Part shown: positions 47,795 to 57,097 of the stretch, piece by piece
Layout of the letters: each line of letters opens with the position of its first letter
Position numbering within the stretch: the first letter of the stretch is position 1
Source: Ignavibacteriales bacterium
Lineage (GTDB): Bacteria; Bacteroidota; Ignavibacteria; UBA10030; UBA6906
Assembly: GCA_037441705.1 (NCBI GenBank)
Contig: JBBIRR010000006.1
Location: forward strand, 1-64,000
DNA: 64,000 nucleotides
Reading direction: 5' to 3'
Made by a program: the position numbers and the translations under genes
The notes under the pieces: generated by a model
What the model was told of the DNA's origin: nothing
The model's input: only the letters and a program-made list of their open reading frames with translations
The model's database searches: none

Positions 47795-48880
47795 ATGAAA
47801 CTCCAACGCATCGGCATCCTGACCGGCGGCGGCGATTGCCCGGGACTGAACGCTGTCATTCGCAGCATTGCGAAGCCGGCCATGGCCCACTTCCGTGCGA
47901 CCGTCATCGGTATTCTCGACGGCTACGAGGGCCTCGTGGAAGGCCGCTTTCGTGAACTCACGCCGCTCGATGTCACCGGCATCATCAATCTGGGCGGCAC
48001 CATTCTCGGCACGTCCAACAAGGGCGATCCCTTTCATTATCCGATGGGCGCGGGAAAGAATATCCGCATCGTCGACGCCTCGCAGCAGGTGGTAGAAACC
48101 TATCGCAACCTGAAGCTCGATGCGCTCATTACCATCGGCGGCGACGGCACGCAGATCATCGCCCACAAGCTGACCAAGATGGGCCTCAACATCATCGGCG
48201 TGCCGAAAACCATCGACAACGATTTGGATGCAACCGACATTACGTTCGGTCACGATTCTGCACGCGCTGTCGCCACCGAAGCCATCGACCGGCTGCAAAC
48301 GACGGCCTCGGCGCATCACAGAGTGATTGTGGTCGAGACGATGGGCCGCTACGCCGGATGGATTGCGCTCGGTGCCGGTGTCGCCGGCGGCGCAGAAATC
48401 ATTCTCATTCCAGAGATCCCGTTTCGTTGGGACAAGCTGTTTGACGTTGTGCTGAAGCGCAGCAAGGGTGCGCGGTTCAGCATCGTGTGTGTGGCCGAGG
48501 GTGCCCGACCCGAGGGCGAAGAGCTGACCATCAAGGAGTTTGATGCGAAGCGAACCGACCCCGTGCGTCTGGGCGGCATCGGCGAGCGCATCGCCAAGCG
48601 AATTGAAGAAGAGACGGGATTGGAGACTCGTGTCACGGTGTTGGGTCACGTGCAGCGGGGCGGGAGTCCGACGGCGTTCGATAGGATTCTCGCAACGCGG
48701 TTCGGGGCGGTAGCGTTGGAGGCAGCCTCGCGCGGTGAGTTCGGCGTGTTGACAAGTCTGCAGACGAACAACGTCGTAACCGTTCCCCTCGAACGTGCCG
48801 TGGGTAGACAGCGTCTCGTTCCTCCGGATTCGCAGCTCGTGTTTGCCGCACGGGCGGTGGGCACGACCTTCGGCGATTAG
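47795..48880 (+). CDS. pfkA: 6-phosphofructokinase (group III type)
   Basis: 'TGGGDCPGLNAVIR', 'GGTILGT', 'IGGDGT', 'PKTIDND', 'ETMGR.AGWIA', 'LGHVQRGG'. Confidence 0.93.
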   Translation: MKLQRIGILTGGGDCPGLNAVIRSIAKPAMAHFRATVIGILDGYEGLVEGRFRELTPLDVTGIINLGGTILGTSNKGDPFHYPMGAGKNIRIVDASQQVVETYRNLKLDALITIGGDGTQIIAHKLTKMGLNIIGVPKTIDNDLDATDITFGHDSARAVATEAIDRLQTTASAHHRVIVVETMGRYAGWIALGAGVAGGAEIILIPEIPFRWDKLFDVVLKRSKGARFSIVCVAEGARPEGEELTIKEFDAKRTDPVRLGGIGERIAKRIEEETGLETRVTVLGHVQRGGSPTAFDRILATRFGAVALEAASRGEFGVLTSLQTNNVVTVPLERAVGRQRLVPPDSQLVFAARAVGTTFGD

Positions 48881-48885
48881 CGCCC

Positions 48886-49590
48886 TCAGGGCTTTCGGCC
48901 CGAGTACGCAGTCACGATCCCCAACGTCATGCGTTCCTCCGTGAGATTCGTGAAGCCGACCTCTTGCAGGATGTTGAGGAAGTCCCTTCCTTCTGGAAAC
49001 TTCATGACCGTATCGGGCAGGTACGTATAGGCCTCGCGGTGTCGCGAAATGAGCTTCCCGACCATAGGAAGAATGAAGCGGAAGTAGAAGAAGTACAGAT
49101 GTTTGAACGGGAACGCTCGAGGGTGGGAAAATTCCAGCACAAGAATCTTACCGCCGGAACGCAGCACGCGATGCATTTCTCGTAGCCCCTGCTCGAGGTT
49201 CTCGAAGTTTCGGGCGCCAAAGGCAACAATGGCGGCATCAAAGCTGCCGGATGCAAACGGCAGCTGCTCGGCTTCGCCCGTTTCAAGAGTGATCACATCT
49301 TCGACCCGTCGGCGTGCGATCTTCGCGCGTCCGAGCTTCAACATCTCTTCCGCGATGTCCACGCCAAGAATGCGCTCAGGTTCCAACCGTAGTGCAGCCA
49401 GCGCAAAGTCCGCCGTCCCGGTGGCGACGTCGAGTATTTTCTTCGGCCGTATATCCTGCAGGTGTTGAATCGCCTTCCGCCGCCAGTAAAAATCCATACC
49501 GCCGCTCAGCAGGTGATTGAGCAGGTCGTATCGGTAGGCGATGGAATCGAACAGCGAACGGACGTACTGTTTTTCTGCGCGTCGTGTCAT
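48886..49590 (-). CDS. menG: Demethylmenaquinone methyltransferase (UbiE/MenG)
   Basis: 'FDSIA.RYDLLNHLLS.G.D..WR', 'LDVATGTAD', 'AFG.RN', 'LEFS.P', 'AY.YLP..V..FP'. Confidence 0.92.
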   Translation of the reverse strand: MTRRAEKQYVRSLFDSIAYRYDLLNHLLSGGMDFYWRRKAIQHLQDIRPKKILDVATGTADFALAALRLEPERILGVDIAEEMLKLGRAKIARRRVEDVITLETGEAEQLPFASGSFDAAIVAFGARNFENLEQGLREMHRVLRSGGKILVLEFSHPRAFPFKHLYFFYFRFILPMVGKLISRHREAYTYLPDTVMKFPEGRDFLNILQEVGFTNLTEERMTLGIVTAYSGRKP

Positions 49591-49705
49591 GATTCAGAAA
49601 AAGATACGGAAGTTTGACAAGGCTTCCAATCTGACAGCGACGACGTCGTCGAATCTCCTCAGTTTGTATTTTCCTCTCCGTTGGATATATTGAGAAGGAC
49701 TTTGT

Positions 49706-50821
49706 ATGAAAAAGATCGTTACCGTCGCCGTGGGGGAAGAAGTTGATCGGGCGTATCGAATCGTCATTGAACCCGGGATTCTCGCTCGCGTGCCTCGCCT
49801 TGTCCGTGAAAGCTGGCACGGCAGGCGGGTGTTCATCATCACCGACACAAACGTTGAGCGGCTCTACGGCCATTCGCTGCTGCGCCGTTTCTTCGAGTCC
49901 GGCAGCGACGCAGCGCTTTTGAGTTTTGACGCAGGTGAGCAAGCCAAACAGGCGCGCACGGTGCAGTCGCTCTACACGCATCTGCTGTCGCTCGGCATTC
50001 GGCGGGACAGTCTGATCGTTGCCCTCGGCGGTGGGGTGGTGGGTGATGTGGCAGGATTTGTGGCAGCGACAATTCTTCGCGGCGTGCCGTATGTGCAGGT
50101 CCCCACAACACTCCTTGCTCAGGTTGACAGCAGTGTCGGCGGAAAGGTGGGCATCAATCATCCGCTCGGCAAGAATCTGATCGGAGCGTTTCACCAGCCG
50201 GCAGCCGTGTGGGTTGATCCGGCCGTGCTGAAGACGCTGCCGCGCGCAGAGTACCGGAACGGGCTTGCGGAGGTCGTGAAGATCGCGGCAGCACTGGACC
50301 GGACGTTCTTCGGCTTTCTCACAAGGCATGCACGCGCCGTTGCCGCCGGCGATCGGCGTGTGCTTCCCCGTGTGATTGCCCGTGCAGTGGAACTGAAGGC
50401 CGCCGTTGTCGCACGCGACGAGCGGGAAGCAGGCGTGCGAAAGACTCTGAACGTGGGCCACACCATCGGTCATGCGATTGAAGCCGCCACCGGCTACGCA
50501 ATCAGACACGGCGAAGCAGTATCGCTCGGCATGGCCGCCGAGTCTGCCATCGCAGTGCACATGGGGTTGCTGCAACGGAAGGACTTCATGCGTCTCGTCG
50601 CGTTGCAGCGGGCACTTCGACTGCCCGTACGCTTCCCGTCAGTCAAGAACCGCCGGCGGTTTCGTTCTGCCCTTGCACTCGACAAGAAAGGCGACGGGCA
50701 GGGCGCACGATTCGTCCTGCTCACCGGCATCGGGAAAGTGATGATCGGCGTTGATGTGCCGAGTGTGTTTATCGAACATCTGCTTGCCGAGCCTTCGCTG
50801 CTCGGAAAGAGGTATCGTTGA
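49706..50821 (+). CDS. aroB: 3-dehydroquinate synthase
   Basis: 'ALGGGVVGD.AGF.AA...RG', 'PTTLLAQVDSSVGGK.GIN', 'KNLIGAF.QP', 'LN.GHT.GHAIE', 'HGEAV'. Confidence 0.96.
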   Translation: MKKIVTVAVGEEVDRAYRIVIEPGILARVPRLVRESWHGRRVFIITDTNVERLYGHSLLRRFFESGSDAALLSFDAGEQAKQARTVQSLYTHLLSLGIRRDSLIVALGGGVVGDVAGFVAATILRGVPYVQVPTTLLAQVDSSVGGKVGINHPLGKNLIGAFHQPAAVWVDPAVLKTLPRAEYRNGLAEVVKIAAALDRTFFGFLTRHARAVAAGDRRVLPRVIARAVELKAAVVARDEREAGVRKTLNVGHTIGHAIEAATGYAIRHGEAVSLGMAAESAIAVHMGLLQRKDFMRLVALQRALRLPVRFPSVKNRRRFRSALALDKKGDGQGARFVLLTGIGKVMIGVDVPSVFIEHLLAEPSLLGKRYR

Positions 50822-50840
50822 AATGATCGGAGGAGTCTGT

Positions 50841-51257
50841 ATGAAACATGCGTTGATGTTTGCAGCGTCCGTTCTTGTGGTGCTGCTTGTTGTTTCTTCC
50901 TGCAAAAAGGAGGATGATCTCGCGGGAAGCGAACCGCCGCGAGAGTTTCAGGTGCGGATGGACAGTGTGAAGCTCGCGAAGAATGTGGCACGCACGGATA
51001 CGCTGAAGGCGTTTCTCTGGGGCACGATCGGTAACACGACGTGTTATCAATTTGCGCGCTATGAGTCGACGCGCGACTCCTTTGAGGTCCGCATCAAAGT
51101 GTTCGGTCGGTACACCCCGTCCAGCACGTGCAGCCCGACGGCTGTCCAGCTCCGTCAGGCGATCTTTCGCATCTATCCGGTGTATCCGGGCAAGTTCACG
51201 GTTTATCTGCTTCAGCCCGATGGGTCGATGCTGCGGGATACGTCGCTGGTGTTATGA
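50841..51257 (+). CDS. Lipoprotein of unknown function
   Basis: GGAGGAG RBS; lipobox 'VSSC'; beta-rich body with two Cys. Confidence 0.7.
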   Translation: MKHALMFAASVLVVLLVVSSCKKEDDLAGSEPPREFQVRMDSVKLAKNVARTDTLKAFLWGTIGNTTCYQFARYESTRDSFEVRIKVFGRYTPSSTCSPTAVQLRQAIFRIYPVYPGKFTVYLLQPDGSMLRDTSLVL

Positions 51258-52717
51258 TTGTTGTCTCCATCACGGGGCCTTCCCTTGCGCAAGCGCTGCG
51301 GCAGATGGCACACTCCGCACCGTACGCGGACATGTTCGAACTGCGCCTGGACCTTCTGGGCGGGCCGCGAGCTCTGGACTTGATCCGCACACGACGCAAG
51401 CCGGTGATCGCTACATGTCGGCGAAAGGCCGAGGGCGGAAAATTCAGCGGAAACCGCGCCGAGCTGTTGGCGGTGCTCTCGCAGGCTGCTGAGCAGGGCG
51501 CCGCATTCGTTGACATTGACCTGAACGCCGCTGCAATCATTCCGGCGTTCCGAAACGCCCATCCCGGATCGAGCATTATTCTTTCATACCATCACCTTGG
51601 AAGAGGCGCGCCCAATGTGTCCGGCCTCTACAAAAGAATGAGCCTGGTGGATGCCGACATCCTCAAGTTTGCCTACACCGCCCGCGATGCGGCCGATCTG
51701 CAGTTTGCCGAAGAGTTCATCGCACGGGCAAGCGCGGGAAGGCGGAAAGCCGTTGCCGTGGCAATGGGGGAGTTCGGTGAAGCCTCGCGGGTCCTGTATG
51801 CAAAGCTCGGGAGTTGGGCCACGTACGCCGCGCCCATGGATGGCGCCGCAGCCGCTCCAGGCCAGATTCCGGCGAAGCTCCTCGATCGCCTGTACCGCGC
51901 ACGTTCTGTGAATTCTGCAACCAAAATCTTTGGCGTCATAGGAAATCCGCTCAAGCAAAGCAAGGGCATCTTCCTCCATAATCCACTGTTCCGATTCTAT
52001 GCTGTCAACGCGGTGTACTGCCGCTTTCCGGTAGCGGATGTGGCGGCGTTCATGCAGCGGTGTGCGCCTCTCCTGCACGGATTCAGCGTAACCATTCCCC
52101 ACAAACAAACGATCATGAACTTCCTCGATGTGCTGGACGAAACGGCACAGGCAATTGGAGCAGTCAACACGGTGGTTCGCAAGCGCGGAAAGTGGTACGG
52201 AACGAACACCGATGCTGCCGGCGCGCTTGATGCAATTGAAACGACGCAGCGCGTCAGAGGAAAGCGCGTGCTTGTGCTCGGTGCCGGGGGCGCCGCGCGA
52301 GCAATAGCGTATGAGGCAAAACGGCGCGGCGCCGACGTGTTCATCGCCAACCGAACCGAACAGAAGGCAAAGCGACTCGCTCGGGAATTTAGCCTCACCT
52401 TCGTTGCGCTGGAGAACCTGTCCGAATTGCCGTTCGACATTCTTGCCAACGCGACGTCCGTCGGGATGGTCCCGCATGTCAACGAATCTCCGGTTCCGAC
52501 ATCGCTCCTGCGAAACAAAGTCGTGTTCGATGCGGTGTACAATCCACCGCTGACGAAGCTGCTGCGCGATGCGCAACGCGTCGGTGCGAAGATTGTGCCC
52601 GGAACGGAGATGTATCTCAATCAAGCGGCGCTGCAGTTCGAGCTGTACACCGGCGTGAAACCGGCGATGAGCGTCATGCGCCGAATTCTTGCCCGTTCAT
52701 GGCAGACTCGTTCCTGA
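51254..52717 (+). CDS. aroE: Bifunctional type I 3-dehydroquinate dehydratase / shikimate dehydrogenase
   Basis: AroD part 'ELRLD', 'ATCR...EGG', 'SYH', 'ILKFA', 'AMG..G..SR', 'APGQ'; AroE part 'IGNP..QS', 'SVTIPHK', 'IGAVNT', 'NTD', 'GAGGAARA'. Confidence 0.92.
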   Translation: MIVVSITGPSLAQALRQMAHSAPYADMFELRLDLLGGPRALDLIRTRRKPVIATCRRKAEGGKFSGNRAELLAVLSQAAEQGAAFVDIDLNAAAIIPAFRNAHPGSSIILSYHHLGRGAPNVSGLYKRMSLVDADILKFAYTARDAADLQFAEEFIARASAGRRKAVAVAMGEFGEASRVLYAKLGSWATYAAPMDGAAAAPGQIPAKLLDRLYRARSVNSATKIFGVIGNPLKQSKGIFLHNPLFRFYAVNAVYCRFPVADVAAFMQRCAPLLHGFSVTIPHKQTIMNFLDVLDETAQAIGAVNTVVRKRGKWYGTNTDAAGALDAIETTQRVRGKRVLVLGAGGAARAIAYEAKRRGADVFIANRTEQKAKRLAREFSLTFVALENLSELPFDILANATSVGMVPHVNESPVPTSLLRNKVVFDAVYNPPLTKLLRDAQRVGAKIVPGTEMYLNQAALQFELYTGVKPAMSVMRRILARSWQTRS

Positions 52718-52731
52718 GAGGAGCCGACCTC

Positions 52732-53034
52732 ATGTTCAAGCACATCGTGATGTGGAAGTTTAAGGATGAAGCCGAGGGCGCGACCCGCGAAAGCAATCTT
52801 CGCACAGCGAAACATCTGCTCGACGCGCTTCCGTCCGTCATTCCCGAGATCGAAATGTTTGAGGTGGGTATCGACTGCTCGCAGACACCTTCATCCTTCG
52901 ATTTGGTGCTAAACTCGGCGTTTGCGAACCGTGCGGCGTTGGAGGCGTATCAGAATCACCCCGAGCACCGCAAGGTCGTTGAGTTTCTTCGCAAGGCGCA
53001 GTCGGCCAAAGTGGTGGTGGATTACGAGCTATGA
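52732..53034 (+). CDS. Dabb-family (stress-responsive alpha/beta barrel) protein
   Basis: 'KHIVMWKFK', 'FDLVL.S.F.....L.AYQ.HPEH', 'VVDY'. Confidence 0.88.
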   Translation: MFKHIVMWKFKDEAEGATRESNLRTAKHLLDALPSVIPEIEMFEVGIDCSQTPSSFDLVLNSAFANRAALEAYQNHPEHRKVVEFLRKAQSAKVVVDYEL

Positions 53035-54293
53035 AACGCGCGATCGAGCCGTGCCTGCACCCGATTCACGCGACGCTGCACTTGCCCGGCTCAAAGAGCA
53101 TCACCAACCGCGCGCTCATCTGCGCGGCGCTTGCACGAGGCGAGTCGGTTCTGCGCTGCGCGTCGGACAGCGATGATACGGCGTTGCTGTGCAACGGCCT
53201 GAATCAGCTCGGCGTTCTCGTCCGGCGACACGGCAGCGATCTGATTGTGAGCGGAACCGGAGGACAACTCTACGCTCCGAAGTTCCCGATTCCGGTGGGC
53301 AACGCGGGCACAACGTTTCGTTTTCTTCTTTCGCTGGCTGCTCTTGCTCACGGAACGACACTGTTCGAAACACACGAACGCATGGCTGAGCGACCGATTG
53401 CCGACTTGCTTGGCGCGCTCACATCGTTGGGTGTGAGAGTTGAAGAAAAGGGCATCGGTCGGTACGCAGTTCAGGGCGGCGGCCTGTCCGGCGGCACCGT
53501 TGGAGTGCAGGCATCGAAAAGTTCGCAGTTCCTCTCTTCGCTTCTGATGGTTGCCCCGTTTGCAACGGGCAGTCTTCAGATCGAGGTGGAAGGTCGGCTC
53601 GCCTCAGCCTCGTACGTCGATCTCACACTGCACGTGATGCAACACTTCGGTGTGAAGGTCGAGAGAGACGATAATGTCCGGTTTGTCGTTCACGCGGGGC
53701 ACAGCTACCGGCCTGCGCAGCTCGATGTGGAAGCGGATGCGTCGAGCGCCGGGTACTTCTTTGCGGCAGCGGCGCTCTGCGGCGGCGAGGTGGTGGTGAA
53801 CGATCTGTCCTTGCACTCGCTTCAGCCCGATGCACGGTTTCTTCTTGTGTTGGAGGAGATGGGATGTTCGGTGGATGAGGACGATAGAGGGATTCGCGTG
53901 AACGGTGATGGCTGTCCGCGCGGCATCGCCGTGGACATGAACGCCATGCCCGACGCGGTGCCGACGCTCGCGGTTCTCGCAGCGTTTGCCTCGGAGCCGA
54001 CACGCATGTCCAACATTGCGCACCTCCGGCACAAAGAGTCGGATCGGATTGCAGCCATAGAAACGGAGTTGCGAAAGCTCGGCGCGAGCGTTCGCTCCTC
54101 CGACGATGCGCTGGAGGTTCATCCCGCACCGCTGCGCGGCGGGTTGATCGAGACCTACAACGATCATCGGATCGCCATGAGCTTTGCACTTGCCGGACTC
54201 AAAATTCCCGGCGTTGAGATCGAGAATCCCGGGTGTGTAAGAAAATCATTCCCCGGATTCTGGAATGAGTTTGAAAAGTTGTATGGGCGATAG
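53031..54293 (+). CDS. aroA: 3-phosphoshikimate 1-carboxyvinyltransferase (EPSPS)
   Basis: 'PGSKSITNRAL', 'GNAGT..RF', 'SSQFLS.LL', 'KESDRI', 'DHRIAMSF', 'CV.KSFP.F'. Confidence 0.96.
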   Translation: MKRAIEPCLHPIHATLHLPGSKSITNRALICAALARGESVLRCASDSDDTALLCNGLNQLGVLVRRHGSDLIVSGTGGQLYAPKFPIPVGNAGTTFRFLLSLAALAHGTTLFETHERMAERPIADLLGALTSLGVRVEEKGIGRYAVQGGGLSGGTVGVQASKSSQFLSSLLMVAPFATGSLQIEVEGRLASASYVDLTLHVMQHFGVKVERDDNVRFVVHAGHSYRPAQLDVEADASSAGYFFAAAALCGGEVVVNDLSLHSLQPDARFLLVLEEMGCSVDEDDRGIRVNGDGCPRGIAVDMNAMPDAVPTLAVLAAFASEPTRMSNIAHLRHKESDRIAAIETELRKLGASVRSSDDALEVHPAPLRGGLIETYNDHRIAMSFALAGLKIPGVEIENPGCVRKSFPGFWNEFEKLYGR

Positions 54294-54307
54294 CATGAGA
54301 GCGGATT

Positions 54308-55663
54308 ATGGCAGGTAACACATTCGGCAGCCGGTTTAGGATTATGACATTCGGCGAGAGCCACGGGCCTGCAATCGGCGTGGTGATTGATGGCGTGCGG
54401 CCGGGCATGCCGATTGACACGGAGTTCATTCAGAAAGAACTCGATCGGCGCAGACCGGGGCAAAGCAAGCTCACAACACCGCGCAGCGAGGCGGACCGCG
54501 TGGAAATCCTCAGCGGCGTCTTCGACGGCAAAACCACCGGAACGCCGATCTGCATGATCATCTGGAACAAAGATCAAAGGCCCGAAGCTTACGAACGCAT
54601 CAAAGACCTCTTCCGGCCGGGACATGCCGGCTATACCTATCTCGCGAAGTACGGCGTGAGCGACTATCGCGGCGGCGGTCGCTCATCGGGACGAGAGACC
54701 GCTGCGCGTGTCGCGGCCGGAGCGGTTGCCAAGTCGTATCTCGCCACGCGCGGGATCGCTATTTATGCCTACACGAAAGAAGTGGCCGGCATCCGCGCAC
54801 AACGCATTGACCTTGCAGAAATCGAAAACAATCCGCTTCGCTGTCCCGACCCCGACGCGGCCAGGAAGATGGAACGAAAGATCCTGCGGGTGAAAAAGGA
54901 AGGAGACTCCGTCGGCGGCATTGTTGAAGTGGTCGTGAAGAACCCGCCTGCTGGTCTCGGCGAGCCGGTGTTTGACAAGCTGGAAGCCGATCTCGCCAAA
55001 GCGCTTATGTCCATCGGGGCAATCAAGGGCTTTGAAGTGGGCAACGGGTTCGCAGCGGCGCGCCTCAAGGGAAGTGAAAACAACGACGCGATGTACTTCG
55101 ACACGAAAGCGAAGCGCATCCGGACGCGGACGAACAACGCAGGAGGAATAGCCGGCGGGATTTCGAATGGCGAGGACATCATCGTGCGCATCGCGGTAAA
55201 GCCTCCCTCCTCGATCGCGAAGGTGCAGGAGACGGTCACCGTCAACGGCAGGCCTGCAACGATCACCGTCGAAGGACGACACGATCCGTGCATCTGCCCG
55301 CGCGTGGTGCCCGTTGCCGAAGCGATGGTGGCGTTGACACTGCTGGATCATCTCACCCGACAGCAACTCTTGAAGAAGAAAACGAAGCTGCAGGCCCTTC
55401 GTGACGACATTGACCTGATCGATCGTAATATCCTTCTTCTCGTTGCCGAACGGCAGGCACTCGTGGAGCAGGTTGGAGTGCTGAAGAAGAGGAGAGGAGA
55501 AAACATCTATGACCCGCGGCGAGAAAAAGAAATCCTCTCGCGACAGCTTGCAACAGCGGCAGAGCTTGGCATCGATCCCCGGTTTGTCAGACAGATCTGC
55601 CGCGCAATCTTTGACCTTGCCCGCACGACCCAGCGCAAGCTGAATGAAGGGACACTCGGATGA
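54308..55663 (+). CDS. aroC: Chorismate synthase fused to C-terminal chorismate mutase (AroQ/CM_2)
   Basis: 'GESHG', 'RPGHA', 'GGGRSSGRET', 'GGISNGE', 'GRHDPC'; tail 'LRDDID.IDR.IL.L..ER...V..VG..K......YDP.RE..IL'. Confidence 0.93.
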   Translation: MAGNTFGSRFRIMTFGESHGPAIGVVIDGVRPGMPIDTEFIQKELDRRRPGQSKLTTPRSEADRVEILSGVFDGKTTGTPICMIIWNKDQRPEAYERIKDLFRPGHAGYTYLAKYGVSDYRGGGRSSGRETAARVAAGAVAKSYLATRGIAIYAYTKEVAGIRAQRIDLAEIENNPLRCPDPDAARKMERKILRVKKEGDSVGGIVEVVVKNPPAGLGEPVFDKLEADLAKALMSIGAIKGFEVGNGFAAARLKGSENNDAMYFDTKAKRIRTRTNNAGGIAGGISNGEDIIVRIAVKPPSSIAKVQETVTVNGRPATITVEGRHDPCICPRVVPVAEAMVALTLLDHLTRQQLLKKKTKLQALRDDIDLIDRNILLLVAERQALVEQVGVLKKRRGENIYDPRREKEILSRQLATAAELGIDPRFVRQICRAIFDLARTTQRKLNEGTLG

Positions 55664-56400
55664 CCATCGGTCTGATCGGGTACGGCAGGTTCGGTGCGTT
55701 TGCCGCCGCGCATCTTGCCCGCAAAGCCAACCTTCTCGTCTTTGATACCAAACGACGCCGCGGACCATTTCCGTCACCGCGCATAAAGACGGCCTCGCTG
55801 AGGGCGGCTGCTTCCTGCGAAGTCGTCGTGCTTGCCGTGCCCATTTCCGCATTGCAGCGTGTTCTGCGTGCGATCGTTCCCTTCGTTCGCCCCTCCGCAC
55901 TTGTCGTTGATGTGTGTTCGGTGAAGATGTATCCTGTTCGATGGATGCGCGCAATTCTTCCTTCCTCCGTCCACATTCTTGCTACGCATCCGCTGTTCGG
56001 GCCGGATAGCGCATCCGATACCGTCCGCAGTCACCATATCGTGCTGTGTCCCGTCCGCCTTCCCAGGATACGCCTGCGGAGGGCGGTGACGCTTCTGCGG
56101 CGAGCGGGACTTCAGTGCGCGATGATGACGCCGCGGGCGCACGACAAGTTCATGGCCGAGACGCTCTTGCTCGCGCAATTCGTCGGGCGGGTGGTTGCCC
56201 GAACGCGAACGCAGCGCTACCCGTTCGGCACGCGCTCGTATTCTTCGCTGATGAATCTCGCCCGAACTGCCGATAACGATACAAGAGAACTCTTTCATGA
56301 TATGGTACGGTTCAATCCGTATGCGGTTCGGGTATTGCGGAAACTGCTCAGGGCACAATCGGGGATTCTGCACGAGCTGCGCATGCAACGTCATCTATGA
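55660..56400 (+). CDS. tyrA: Prephenate/arogenate dehydrogenase
   Basis: 'IGYGRFG', 'DVCSVK', 'HPLFGP', 'HD..MA'. Confidence 0.88.
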   Translation: MTIGLIGYGRFGAFAAAHLARKANLLVFDTKRRRGPFPSPRIKTASLRAAASCEVVVLAVPISALQRVLRAIVPFVRPSALVVDVCSVKMYPVRWMRAILPSSVHILATHPLFGPDSASDTVRSHHIVLCPVRLPRIRLRRAVTLLRRAGLQCAMMTPRAHDKFMAETLLLAQFVGRVVARTRTQRYPFGTRSYSSLMNLARTADNDTRELFHDMVRFNPYAVRVLRKLLRAQSGILHELRMQRHL

Positions 56401-57095
56401 TCGAAATCCAACATCTCACAAAACGCTTTGGCTCCTTCACGGCCGTTGATGACATCAGTCTGAAGATCGAGGCGGGCACGTTCTTCGGCTTTCTCGGTCC
56501 CAACGGTGCCGGCAAGACGACGACAATCAGAACACTGACCGGGCTCTACGAGCCGACGTCGGGTCATTGTATCATCAACGGGTATGATGTTCATTGGACG
56601 CCGCTGGAAGCAAAGCGAAGTTTCGGCTATGTGCCGGACCAACCGTTCCTCTATGACAAGCTCACCGGGCGCGAGTTCCTGCATTTCGTCGGCGGGTTGT
56701 TCGGCATGCGTGTGCCGGAGGTGAAGGACAGGATCGCTGAGATCCAGAACCTGTTCGAAATTGCTTCGTTCATGGACAAGCGTGCCGAGGAATACTCACA
56801 GGGCATGCGCCAGCGGATTGTTCTCACGGCTGCGCTGTTGCACAATCCCCAAGTGCTGATCATTGACGAGCCGATCGTCGGGCTCGATCCGCGCAGCGCA
56901 CGCCTTGTGAAGGATACCCTCAAGAAGAAGACGCGCGAGGGACTGACCGTCTTCATGTCAACGCATCTGCTGGAAATTGTCGAAGAGCTGTGCGATCGCA
57001 TCGCCATCATCAAGAGCGGCAGAATCATCTATGACAGCCCGACCGTGGAACACAACGGCCGCCTGGAACGCATGTTCCTCGAGCTGACGAAATAA
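56397..57095 (+). CDS. ABC exporter ATP-binding protein
   Basis: Walker A 'GPNGAGKTT', signature 'YSQGMRQR', Walker B 'IIDEP', 'STH'. Confidence 0.95.
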   Translation: MIEIQHLTKRFGSFTAVDDISLKIEAGTFFGFLGPNGAGKTTTIRTLTGLYEPTSGHCIINGYDVHWTPLEAKRSFGYVPDQPFLYDKLTGREFLHFVGGLFGMRVPEVKDRIAEIQNLFEIASFMDKRAEEYSQGMRQRIVLTAALLHNPQVLIIDEPIVGLDPRSARLVKDTLKKKTREGLTVFMSTHLLEIVEELCDRIAIIKSGRIIYDSPTVEHNGRLERMFLELTK

Positions 57096-57097
57096 CC

